Source: Candidatus Xenobia bacterium
GTDB lineage: Bacteria; Vulcanimicrobiota; Xenobia; Xenobiales; QWHO01
Assembly: GCA_045863235.1 (NCBI GenBank)
Contig: BTUM01000009.1
Coordinates: 32,001 to 96,000, forward strand
Length of the DNA stretch: 64,000 nt
Reading direction: 5' to 3'
Both the position numbers and the translations under genes were made by a program. The notes under the pieces are model-generated. The model saw nothing but the letters and a program-made list of their open reading frames with translations. It was not told the DNA's origin and made no database searches. Shown here piece after piece: positions 18,824 to 27,550 of this stretch. Position 1 is the first letter of the stretch; the number at the start of each line of letters is the position of its first letter.

Positions 18824-19552
18824 TCAGGCCGGGTCGTCGGGAGACCAGCCCAGCTCGCGGAGCTTGCGTTCGAGCTCCTCTCGCTTGCGCTGCTCGGCTT
18901 CGGCCCGCTCACGCTCGGAGTCGGCCCGCTCACGCTCGCGCAGCGAACGCTCCAGGCCGGTTTCTAGCAACTGCCCTTCGCGATTCGTCCAGCGCAGCCA
19001 CAGCTCTTCAAGTCCATCGAACTCACCCTTCCAGATGGCCAGGCCCAGCCCGATCTCCGGAAAGAAGCGGTCCACCTTGTCCACGTAGCTGGCCCCAGTG
19101 AGCTGGTAGATGCGCAGCTCGCGCTGGCCCAGCAGATGGTCGGGATCGTAGATCACATAGTAGGGAACTCGCATGAAAGCATAGCGCTCGAGCTTGTGCG
19201 TATCCTCCCCGCCGGACCGGTTGGACACGATTTCGATGACCACGTCGGGCGGCTTGCCGAAGACCCAAACGAAGTAGCTGCGCTTGTTCTTCTCGCGAAA
19301 ATTCGGGGGAGCCTCGACGCCGGTGCTGAGCAGCACGTCGGGAACGATGGCCTCCTTGACCTCGTTGAAGATGCCCACGTCGGTGGCGCACAGGAAGGGC
19401 CGGCCCTCCTCCCAGGAAACCCGCAGAGTCTCGCTCAAGAGGTCCTGCTGCTTGTCCTGAAAGAAGTTGTCCACGGGTGTGTCGTCCTCCGTGACCAGGT
19501 GAGAGACGTCTGGCTCCGGGATCTCGTAAAGAGGCGTGACGGGCTCGCTCAT
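18824..19552 (-). CDS. Uma2 (DUF820) family endonuclease-fold protein
   Basis: LVTEDDTPVDN, VPDVLLS, PDVVIEIVS, YYVIYDP, WLRW, and an ERERAE coiled tail. Confidence 0.9.
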   Translation of the reverse strand: MSEPVTPLYEIPEPDVSHLVTEDDTPVDNFFQDKQQDLLSETLRVSWEEGRPFLCATDVGIFNEVKEAIVPDVLLSTGVEAPPNFREKNKRSYFVWVFGKPPDVVIEIVSNRSGGEDTHKLERYAFMRVPYYVIYDPDHLLGQRELRIYQLTGASYVDKVDRFFPEIGLGLAIWKGEFDGLEELWLRWTNREGQLLETGLERSLRERERADSERERAEAEQRKREELERKLRELGWSPDDPA

Positions 19553-19650
19553 GAGCAAGCATTTCTCCTCCGTTGGGAGAAATTCCCGGTCAAGGAATTC
19601 TCAAGGCCCGTCCCAGGTCGATTCAAGCCGTCCAGGCTAGACTTGCGACG

Positions 19651-19764
19651 ATGAGTATTGCAGCCGTTGCCCACCCCCGCACCGAGCGGTCGCAAGGAGA
19701 GGGTCCCATCCCTCAGGCCAGCAAGGCGGTTCCTTCATCGCGCAAGGAGCGAACAGCTCGATGA
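19651..19764 (+). CDS. Possible 37-aa peptide (MSIAAVAHP...)
   Basis: TAGACT 7 nt before the ATG; stop overlaps the next start (ATGA); N-terminus nearly identical to the next gene. Confidence 0.4.
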   Translation: MSIAAVAHPRTERSQGEGPIPQASKAVPSSRKERTAR

Positions 19765-20276
19765 ACATTGCAGCGGTCGCCTCCACCTCCGCCCCCACCC
19801 GGCCGCCCCAGGCCGTGGCCGACCAGCTCGAGAGCCTCGATCTCACTCTGCGCCACAGCATCGAGCGTTACGAAGGCTCGATTCCCGAGCTGGAGACGAC
19901 GGCCAGCCAGGGCCGCCAGCGGGCTGGCCTCTGGCTGGGCGGAGCCGGATTTGCGCTGGCTCTGGGGGCGGCCGGTGGCCCGCTGGGGATGCTGGCCTCG
20001 GGCCTGGTGGTGGTGCCGGCCGCGGCCTTCGGGCTGCTCTCACTGGCCCGCTCCTCGGCGGCCCGCGAGCGGCTCGAGATCGCCCGTGAGGCAAGCCAGA
20101 CCTTCTCCGAGCTGCACGCCCAGGTGGGCAAGCTGCGCCAGGAGGCCGACGAGGTGGTGCGCCGCCACCAGGTGGAGTCTCTGGCGCAGGCCTTCGAGCA
20201 GCAGCAGAAAGCCGTCGAGGAAAGAGAAAGTCACATTCGGATCGGAGGCGTACGCCTCAAACGGAGGGAGCCATGA
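19761..20276 (+). CDS. Hypothetical protein with a Gly/Ala-rich hydrophobic hairpin, coiled coil and C-terminal IRIGGVRLKRR tail
   Basis: AAGGAG RBS; 171 aa; ATGA overlap with the next gene. Confidence 0.8.
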   Translation: MNIAAVASTSAPTRPPQAVADQLESLDLTLRHSIERYEGSIPELETTASQGRQRAGLWLGGAGFALALGAAGGPLGMLASGLVVVPAAAFGLLSLARSSAARERLEIAREASQTFSELHAQVGKLRQEADEVVRRHQVESLAQAFEQQQKAVEERESHIRIGGVRLKRREP

Positions 20277-21301
20277 TCAACTCGATTACACCCCGTGTCG
20301 TCGTTCTGGGCGGCGGCTACGCCGGCGTGGAGCTGGTGGAATCGCTGGAAGACGCCCCGGTGGACGTGGTGCTGGTGGACCAGAAGCCCGAGCACACCAA
20401 GAAGACCAAGCTCTGGAAGATGGCCGTGGGCCGTGAGTCGGACGCCGTCGAGCCGCTCTCCAAGGTGGCCCGCAAGGCGGGCGCTGAGCTGCGCCTGGGC
20501 CAGGTTCAGGCCATTGACACCGAGTCGCGCCAGGTGAAGCTGGAAGGCGGCCCTACCCTGAGCTACGACTACCTGGTGGTGGCTCTGGGCTCGCGTCCCG
20601 CCACCCCGGAAGGGGCCGAGCACGTGCTCACGATCGACCAGCCCGAGGACGCCCAGCGCATTCGCGAGACCGTCCGCGCTCGGGCGCTGGAGGCCATGCA
20701 GACCGGCCAGAACCTGCCCATCGTGGTGGTGGGCGGCGGCGCCACCGGCATCGAGCTAGCCGGGGTGGCCCACGAGGTGGTTCGCCAGGTCAGCCCCCAG
20801 CTACTGGAGCGGCTGGAGCTGACCCTGGTGCACTCGCAGAGCCGCATCCTGAACGGTCAGAGCGACGAGCTCGCGGCCCGAACCACGGCTGCCCTGGCCG
20901 ACCTGGGCGTGCGCCTGCAACTCGGGCAGCGCGTGGCCGCCGTGCGCGAGGGCCAGGTCGAGCTGGCCTCGGGCCAGATCCTGCCCTCGGTCTGCACCCT
21001 CTGGGCCACCGGTACCCGCGCTCCCGAGCTTCTGGCCAGCCTGGGCCCCACCGACCGTGCGGGCCGCCTGGAGGTCAGCAAGCACCTCAACCTGCCCGAG
21101 CACCCCGAGGTCTTCATCATCGGCGACGCCGCCCTGGCGCGCTGCGCCGGCCAGAGCGTGCCGCCCAACAAGCGCGCCGCCAAGCAAGAAGCAGAGCAGA
21201 CCGCCCAGAACCTGCGCAACGCGGTGGCCGGCAAACCACTGGAGCCGTTCTCCTACCGCGACAACAAGGACTGGCACCACATCGGGCCGGTGGAGCTGTG
21301 A
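20273..21301 (+). CDS. NAD(P)/FAD-dependent oxidoreductase (NDH-2/AIF-like, short)
   Basis: VVVLGGGYAG, YDYLVVALGS, VVVGGGATGIELAG, VFIIGD. Confidence 0.88.
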   Translation: MINSITPRVVVLGGGYAGVELVESLEDAPVDVVLVDQKPEHTKKTKLWKMAVGRESDAVEPLSKVARKAGAELRLGQVQAIDTESRQVKLEGGPTLSYDYLVVALGSRPATPEGAEHVLTIDQPEDAQRIRETVRARALEAMQTGQNLPIVVVGGGATGIELAGVAHEVVRQVSPQLLERLELTLVHSQSRILNGQSDELAARTTAALADLGVRLQLGQRVAAVREGQVELASGQILPSVCTLWATGTRAPELLASLGPTDRAGRLEVSKHLNLPEHPEVFIIGDAALARCAGQSVPPNKRAAKQEAEQTAQNLRNAVAGKPLEPFSYRDNKDWHHIGPVEL

Positions 21302-21308
21302 AACGCAA

Positions 21309-21429
21309 GAATCGTCGCTCTGACCCGAAGAACTTACATGGGGTCTTCGATGGCGCCCTGACGGGGTTTGTGGGGCGGCTGGTGGCTGAAATGATCACCG
21401 TTGGATCACCGTTTCCGGGATCGCGTGGT
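21309..21429. repeat. att-like repeat copy 1 (core plus TGATCACC arm repeats)
   Basis: GAATCGTCGCTC..AGAACTTACATGGGG (core 21329-21341); TGATCACCGTTGGATCACC at 21392-21410. Confidence 0.65.
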
Positions 21430-21716
21430 TGACCATTCTAGATTATCGAGCCTTGGCTTGAGCGCCAAGAGAACGGGCCCCCTCTAGCAAGCGAGTTGCC
21501 GGCCAGGGAGGCGCGTACGGGCTCTTGGCCAACTGCGCCAGAGAAACTTTGCGAAACCTGCTGCGCTCTGCGCCTCGGGGAGGCACTCGGCCATGAACTC
21601 ACGTGATAGCTCCGGATGGCCAGTGTAGAGCAGGTCGAGAAGCGTACGATCCCCTAACGCTCGGCGGTCTCCCTCGTAGCTCATACCAGCACCGTATTCA
21701 AGAGTGTCTCCTTCGG

Positions 21717-22310
21717 CTACGGTTGGTTCTGAATGTACTTTAATCCGTGCTCAAAGCTATGGATCAGCTTGCAACCAAGCGCCTGTAACTGCGTCTCCAC
21801 GTTTGGAACCCCGAAGTCCTTGCTGTTCCGGTTGATGTGACAGCTCTGTGCAACCTTATTGTTTTGCAGATCTGTCAGGATACTGGCCAGCACAATGGCG
21901 TCGCCCGGGGAGAGGTAACTCTCGTGGATCCTGGCGTCCTGCAGAGTTCCCAATTCCAGCGGTAAGATGCGCGCCGCTTTGAGCAGCCGATCCCTACTTT
22001 GATCAAACTGAGTTTCCGCGTCCTGGATACTCCTGGTTAGCAAGTCGACAGAATGGTCGAGTGCCCGAAGACCCTCCGAGTATGAATCATTCCTGGCGAG
22101 TTCGGACCGCTGGCGCCTCAGATCCAGTTGTAGGTCTTGCCGCTTGATCTTTAGCCGAACCAAGGTGTTGAAGGGCTCGACCAGAGAAAAAGCTGGAATG
22201 GCCAGTTCTATCGATCGACCCGGGAGTGCCAGAATGTCTTGGCAGGCCTGAGACTGTTCCTGCCCGAGCACAAGTTCCAGCACAAAATTCGTCTCGCAGT
22301 AAACTCTCAC
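21717..22310 (-). CDS. PIN-domain protein
   Basis: RVYCETNFVLEL...DAIVLASI...NRNSKDF. Confidence 0.8.
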   Translation of the reverse strand: MRVYCETNFVLELVLGQEQSQACQDILALPGRSIELAIPAFSLVEPFNTLVRLKIKRQDLQLDLRRQRSELARNDSYSEGLRALDHSVDLLTRSIQDAETQFDQSRDRLLKAARILPLELGTLQDARIHESYLSPGDAIVLASILTDLQNNKVAQSCHINRNSKDFGVPNVETQLQALGCKLIHSFEHGLKYIQNQP

Positions 22311-22741
22311 CGAGATTGGAGAACGCTTCCGCCATGAATGGCCGAAGGAAGTCCCGACTCATGCAATTCGCCTTGTTCCGTGGGCGAGTCGACTAAGTCC
22401 TGAAGCCATTGGCCCACGATGAGCTCATAGGCAAGGGGGTGCACTTCCGAGGGCTTAATTTGCGCGCGCTCGAAGTAGGGAGCAAGAATTGGACTAGCAT
22501 TCACCACAAAGTCCGGCTCGGTCGAACGACTCTCTGGCCTCCAGATGAAAAACTGTTCGGGAGTTGCGAGTAAGAAGTAAGAGCCCTTTACGGCCCACCC
22601 AGACTTCAGCAAATTGTCTCGAAAGCGGCTGGCCCAGGCCGAAGAGGCTCCCTTCAAGCTCTTCGCTTCCACAATCAGAGCCTGGTTTCCCAAGGCATCC
22701 AGGAGGAAAAAATCAAACTTATCGTCTCTGTCGGATCGCAT
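22307..22741 (-). CDS. Hypothetical protein coupled to the PIN gene (PD-(D/E)XK-like motif)
   Basis: FDFFLLD...LIVEAK; GTGA overlap with the PIN gene; TAGAAT upstream. Confidence 0.7.
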   Translation of the reverse strand: MRSDRDDKFDFFLLDALGNQALIVEAKSLKGASSAWASRFRDNLLKSGWAVKGSYFLLATPEQFFIWRPESRSTEPDFVVNASPILAPYFERAQIKPSEVHPLAYELIVGQWLQDLVDSPTEQGELHESGLPSAIHGGSVLQSR

Positions 22742-22862
22742 CTTACTTTGCATTCTACACCCGGACGCTCGTAGAGGGAAGGATTCGGGTGCTTGGCAGC
22801 AATGCTCGGTTTGGCCACAATGTTCCGTTCAGCGCAGTGCATCCCGGCACGCCGACGCGGAC

Positions 22863-22966
22863 GAACGTCGCTCCCACGCAGAGAACCTACGCGGGAACCG
22901 CAGAATTCGGCTCAGTTCTGGTTCCGGGCACTGAGAGGAGGTCACGTTGATCACCGTTTGATCACC
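22863..22966. repeat. att-like repeat copy 2
   Basis: GAACGTCGCTCCCACGCAGAGAACCTACGCGGGA (imperfect inverted repeat TCCCACGCAG/CTACGCGGGA); TGATCACCGTTTGATCACC at 22948-22966. Confidence 0.65.
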
Positions 22967-22969
22967 TAA

Positions 22970-23344
22970 CCTACTGATTGGGTAACGTATGATACGACCA
23001 CCAAATTCGAGCCTGACATGTTCGTCGCGCGGGTGGAGGGGGACTCTATGGAGCCACTCATCCCCAATGGCGCCTACTGCCTCTTCCGTTATATTCGAGA
23101 CATGCCTCGGGAAGGCAGGCCCGCTCTCGTCTGGCACGACGGGCTCAGCGATCCTCACACAGGCGGAAAGTATACCCTCAAGTATTTCACGGTTGAACCC
23201 CCAGTTGCGTGGCGCAAGCCTGGTCGGGTCGTGTTGAAGCCTGCAAACAAGAATTACGAGCCGATTATTCTTCCATTGGAGGGAGAAGGAGTATTCCGTG
23301 TAATTGCAGAGTTTCTGGAAGTCCTGAAGGGCGCAGGCACCTAA
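22970..23344 (+). pseudogene. 5'-truncated S24 (LexA-like) peptidase-domain gene fragment
   Basis: DWV...MFVARVEGDSMEPLIPNGAYCLF...YTLK...LKPANKNYEPI; the frame opens right after the TGATCACC repeat (TAA at 22967); no HTH. Confidence 0.65.
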
Positions 23345-23383
23345 TTAGGCGCACTGGTGACTTAACCATATCAATCCGCGACA

Positions 23384-25672
23384 TCATTCTTGGAACTGCT
23401 CTGCGAGCGCCCAAAAGGCATCAATCCTCACGTCGCCCACGTCCCCCGTCTGGGCCTGAAGGAATCTCTCCTTGTCAACCTGGAACCGCACGAAGTTCTT
23501 GGCTTTCCCGCTGGTTTGTCGATGGACGTCCCGCAATACACCCGAGTCGATGCCAGCCTTAACAACTTCTTCGGCTAGGTCGCCAAAATCTGATTCGAGA
23601 TCTTCGACTGCTACATCAGAGGTTTTATTTGACTGCCGGACGAGCCTTGTAACGCACTTGATGAGCTTTGGCTGTACCTGCCGAACAGTTTCCCGTGCTG
23701 CAACTATGTCCTCAGTAAAATCTGTGGTCGCTCCGCGCGCCTGAATAGCCTCTAGTATCTGTACTGGGTTGAACAGTGTTTCCGTGTTCTGCTCACTTTC
23801 TCCACCTCGCGAATTGTCCAGCACTTCCAGTCGCCTAAATTCACAGTCCAGGAACCGTGATGAAATAACTGTAGATGAATCGACTTTAAAGCCATCGAAG
23901 AGGCACCTGATAAACTCGCATCCAATGAACTGCGTTCCACCAAGGTCTACGTTGACAAACTTGCAGCCGTGAAATGTCACCCTATCATACTTGTTCTTCA
24001 TTAGGCACTCATCAGCGAAGTTCAGGTCATGCAAGGAGATACCGTCCTCGCGCGAGTCATTTAGAAGGCCCGCGCATACTGCAGACGCGTTCGTGGACGC
24101 CGTGTAATCGTGATGGCTTTTGCCGATGGTTGATAAGACCTTAGTTACATTTCTTAGGCTGCCTCCTTCGCGCCGAAAAAACCAAACAGTCCAGTCAGTT
24201 AACTCTGGACTCAACTCGCGTTCGGATAGTAGAATCGAGAGAGAGTCGGTATCTTCGGACATCATTATTACGGCGAGCCGAGCGCCTAAGAAATACGCAA
24301 AAAAACTCTCATGCAGGAATCCAAAGGTAGCTGTAGCCCCCTCCTTTGGGACAAGGGCAGCGTGCGTAGGCACCTTCTCAATAATCTGGGTCTTAACTGC
24401 TGCTTCGAGCTGGAGGTGCATCAATCCGAGTTCTGCGGCTATTCGGAGTTCGTCGGCTGCAAGCCGAAATGCTCCGGATCGCCACATTTCCTCGGCAACT
24501 GCACCTAGCATTGCGATGTGCCCCGCGGTATCAAGTAAGGGCTTTCGCGTCTGGGTCTCTATCCATTTTTCCCATTCCTCTCGTTCGAGCAAAATGCGGA
24601 AAACGTAGTCGCTGCGCTCGAGGTGACTACCGCCAACGTCTATGTTCTTGAATCGTTCCTTCTCAACTACCCAGAGTTTGGCTAGACGTGTGAGGAAGAT
24701 CGGGTGGAAAATCAGTTGCTGGTCATTCTCGAAGGTGTTCAGGAGTTCACGCAGGTCCCGCTCGGCGTCCTCGGACCCCAGCGACTTAAATACCTCGATA
24801 GCCTGGTTGACCTTCCATCCCAAGAGTTGAATGCCGACGGTCGAATACGCGCCACGTTTGGGTTGGAGATGTGTCCTGATACTTGCCGAAACTTGGTAGA
24901 GGTCGAAGAAGCCTTCTCGAGCCGACAAAATCACGGACCCTGCAGTATCCATTTGGTCAACCAGTTCGGTTATTTTGATGAATGCGTCCCGACTGCCCAC
25001 CCGTGCCACCAACTCGTCGAATCCATCGAGCGCCAGGACTATCCAGCCCCATTTCATGCAGGCCACAACCTCCCGTTGCGTCAGAGGAAAGTCGTAGGTG
25101 TTGTTCAATGAGCCTGCTACAGCATCATCAATATTTCCCACATAGCGACCCAACAGGTCGACAGGAATCAAGATTGGAGTTGGATGCTCTTGGGCGCGAT
25201 ACTCATTGGCACACTGAATAGCCAGCCACTCCAGGAGGGCGGTCTTGCCTTGTCCAGCCGGCGCCATTAGTTGGATAAGTTGAGTATTAGCTACTGGAGG
25301 TGCCGCGATAATGCTACGAAGCCTGTTAAGAACACTATCTTCTTCAGTGCCACTTCCTGTTGCATATGCGCGAAAACGGGCATGGCCATCGATAAATTTC
25401 GCCGGGCGCTTCTCCCAGTTTCGCTGAAGAACGCGCGATATCTGTTGCGCCAACCTCGGCAAGCCGAGCACCTCGGACTGGACGTATTGCGTCACAGGAA
25501 CGACTTTCTCACCATCCACCACTCCAAAGCCGATCCCCGCGATCTGTGTCAACTCAAAGAGAGTCTCGCTTCCGTGGCGGAAAAGGCTCACGACGGAGCC
25601 CTCTCGATGGTAGTTTGCCGGGTCGGAGATCAGTTCTTGAAATCTCAGGTCTATATCTTCAATGCGAAGCAC
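23384..25672 (-). CDS. NACHT/STAND NTPase with a pentapeptide-like repeat region
   Basis: APAGQGKT Walker A, VLALDGFDE Walker B, VILSAR, FGFLHESFFAYFLG winged-helix motif, FHGCKF..FIGCEFIRCLF repeats. Confidence 0.88.
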   Translation of the reverse strand: MLRIEDIDLRFQELISDPANYHREGSVVSLFRHGSETLFELTQIAGIGFGVVDGEKVVPVTQYVQSEVLGLPRLAQQISRVLQRNWEKRPAKFIDGHARFRAYATGSGTEEDSVLNRLRSIIAAPPVANTQLIQLMAPAGQGKTALLEWLAIQCANEYRAQEHPTPILIPVDLLGRYVGNIDDAVAGSLNNTYDFPLTQREVVACMKWGWIVLALDGFDELVARVGSRDAFIKITELVDQMDTAGSVILSAREGFFDLYQVSASIRTHLQPKRGAYSTVGIQLLGWKVNQAIEVFKSLGSEDAERDLRELLNTFENDQQLIFHPIFLTRLAKLWVVEKERFKNIDVGGSHLERSDYVFRILLEREEWEKWIETQTRKPLLDTAGHIAMLGAVAEEMWRSGAFRLAADELRIAAELGLMHLQLEAAVKTQIIEKVPTHAALVPKEGATATFGFLHESFFAYFLGARLAVIMMSEDTDSLSILLSERELSPELTDWTVWFFRREGGSLRNVTKVLSTIGKSHHDYTASTNASAVCAGLLNDSREDGISLHDLNFADECLMKNKYDRVTFHGCKFVNVDLGGTQFIGCEFIRCLFDGFKVDSSTVISSRFLDCEFRRLEVLDNSRGGESEQNTETLFNPVQILEAIQARGATTDFTEDIVAARETVRQVQPKLIKCVTRLVRQSNKTSDVAVEDLESDFGDLAEEVVKAGIDSGVLRDVHRQTSGKAKNFVRFQVDKERFLQAQTGDVGDVRIDAFWALAEQFQE

Positions 25673-26375
25673 ACTGGCCTCCTATCGAGGTTATTAGGAC
25701 CCCACGATTCTCAAGTGAAGTGTCGCAGTAATACGTTTTGGTGTGGGACCGAATAACAGACAAATTTGCGCCGTTGTGGATACTGGCGGCCAGCAATGCG
25801 GGTGAAAAGTCTACGTCATCGGAAACTAGGCAGATACACGAATCGGAAGAGGATGAGGCTAACGAAAGGAGGTCAGTTGCGATGTGGACGTCAACCTGCT
25901 TCTGCTCGTTTCTTTCAAAGTAATCGATATATCGATGTGCGCAGCTTGCTTCTGTGCAAGCGCGACTGTTTCCCATCCATCGCTGAACGTCCTTTAACTG
26001 ACAGCGCGCATTCTGGCAGTCGAGTTTACTAGAGGCACGCGGTTTGGAGCGCCTGATGGAGACGGTATGAGTAATGTGAGGGTCGGCGTGCGAGGCAAGG
26101 ATTAGACGGTCGGCAAACTCAAAGTGAACCCGGACCAGGAGACCGTAAGCTTTCAGCAACGCGGGGCACTGTTGTTGATAATAATTGGCCGCCGCATAGC
26201 GGGCCTCCGTGGCGAACTGGTCTCGAAACCAGCCACCATAAGCGCGGAAAACCACGTTAGCTATTCGGCCGCTTCGCGTCAGGAGGGTTTCGCGGCAGCT
26301 GTGCACCCACGATGTGATTACTTCGGCCGGCGGGACGTCCGAGAAATTGTCGTGGTCGACAAGAATATAGTTCAC
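25659..26375 (-). CDS. NYN-domain (PIN-fold) ribonuclease-like protein
   Basis: ILVDHDN, EQKQVDVHIATD, LVSDDVDFSPAL; Cys-rich insert; overlaps the NACHT start. Confidence 0.82.
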   Translation of the reverse strand: MNYILVDHDNFSDVPPAEVITSWVHSCRETLLTRSGRIANVVFRAYGGWFRDQFATEARYAAANYYQQQCPALLKAYGLLVRVHFEFADRLILASHADPHITHTVSIRRSKPRASSKLDCQNARCQLKDVQRWMGNSRACTEASCAHRYIDYFERNEQKQVDVHIATDLLSLASSSSDSCICLVSDDVDFSPALLAASIHNGANLSVIRSHTKTYYCDTSLENRGVLITSIGGQCASH

Positions 26376-26459
26376 ATCAGGTCCTGCGCCACTCGATGCT
26401 CAAGTCCCTTTGAGTCTGAAGCGACCGCCAACAGAGCCACCTCACACCCGACCAGCATT

Positions 26460-26699
26460 TGATCACTTTTTGATCACCGGACTCAAAATCACGCCCGATC
26501 ACCACGCCCTCCCAGAAACACCAAAACTCACCAAAACCAGCGCCACCTCTAATCTCCAGCACACCCAACATAATGCCAGATCACCCAAGATCACGCCCCT
26601 GCTTATCTACCCGGGGAACCTACATGGGGCCTCTTCGATGGCGCCGCCGACTGGGTTTGCGGGGCGGGTGGGGGCACCGTTTCCGAGCCGGCATGGCTG
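26460..26699. repeat. att-like repeat copy 3
   Basis: TGATCACTTTTTGATCACC (26460-26478) and further GATCAC copies; core GGAACCTACATGGGG at 26615 followed by TCTTCGATGGCGCC..GGGTTTG.GGGGCGG..CACCGTTTCCG as in copy 1. Confidence 0.65.
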
Positions 26700-26726
26700 C
26701 GCGATCTGCGGAGCGATCTCGAGACC

Positions 26727-27209
26727 TTACTCTTGTCCGGGGTCCAGGATGGTCAGGTCGGGAAAGTACTTCCCATAATATCCTCGATCACGCGTCACAA
26801 GCTGATCACTTTGCACGCTGGCGTGACCCCCGACCAGAAAATCAGTAATCAGGTGCTGCCTCCAAGGAATTGCCCTCTGACAGGACGAGCACGTAATCCT
26901 CTGGCCATGCCCGCATTGAGGGCAGGCTGGATGATCCGGACGTCGGCGCCGATACTCCCGCCAGGCAAGCCCTGCTCGGCTAAGCCCCTCGCGGGAGGTC
27001 GGAACCACCTGAATGCCGGTATCCATCAGGAACGTGTCCAGGGATCCCTGATTCGGGAAATGCGCCGCAAGCTCGGAATACACAACCTCACCCATGATCA
27101 GGGTGCCGTTGCGAAGGCTATCGTCGAGCGCATTCTGAGAAGCGAGTTGAAAGGGAGAGCCTGGCACCAGAACATCCAAAATTACATTGGTATCTAGCGC
27201 GGAGGTCAT
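26727..27209 (-). CDS. vapC: VapC-like PIN toxin with a zinc-ribbon insert
   Basis: ALDTNVILD, VYSEL, CPQC..CSSC, DFLVGGHA, LVTRD. Confidence 0.88.
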   Translation of the reverse strand: MTSALDTNVILDVLVPGSPFQLASQNALDDSLRNGTLIMGEVVYSELAAHFPNQGSLDTFLMDTGIQVVPTSREGLSRAGLAWREYRRRRPDHPACPQCGHGQRITCSSCQRAIPWRQHLITDFLVGGHASVQSDQLVTRDRGYYGKYFPDLTILDPGQE

Positions 27210-27442
27210 GGGTCCGGTTCGCCTCGGAGTTCGTCCAGAAGGGAATCCGGATCTTGTCCGGCCAGTGCGCGCAAGTAGCCCAGGTAAGGAGCAAACGGCG
27301 AACTCTCAACTCGCTTGCAGACGCGGATGATATGGTCCTCTTCCAGGAACTCAACCTGATCGCCAGGGTGGAGATCAAGTCGCTCCCGAATCTCCTTTGG
27401 GATCGTCACCTGACCCTTGATTGTCATCCGACTTGCGGGCAT
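27206..27442 (-). CDS. vapB: AbrB/MazE-family antitoxin
   Basis: MTIKGQVTIPKEIRERLDLHPGDQVEF; ATGA overlap with the toxin gene. Confidence 0.9.
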   Translation of the reverse strand: MPASRMTIKGQVTIPKEIRERLDLHPGDQVEFLEEDHIIRVCKRVESSPFAPYLGYLRALAGQDPDSLLDELRGEPDP

Positions 27443-27550
27443 CTGGCCTCCAAGTATTACTAGTTGACACTATCGTAATACCTGGTTTCGAAGTTTGTCA
27501 ACGCCGGGCCAAGGGCTTCGAGCGTGCAAGCGCTTCGGCGTCCCCATCAT

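Noticed and set aside
18895..18940. Short tandem repeat CGGCCCGCTCACGCTCG x2
   Set aside because: It encodes the ERERA coiled-coil tail typical of this Uma2 subfamily.
21484..21684. 66-aa ORF inside the island
   Set aside because: No recognisable motif or convincing start; possibly a remnant.
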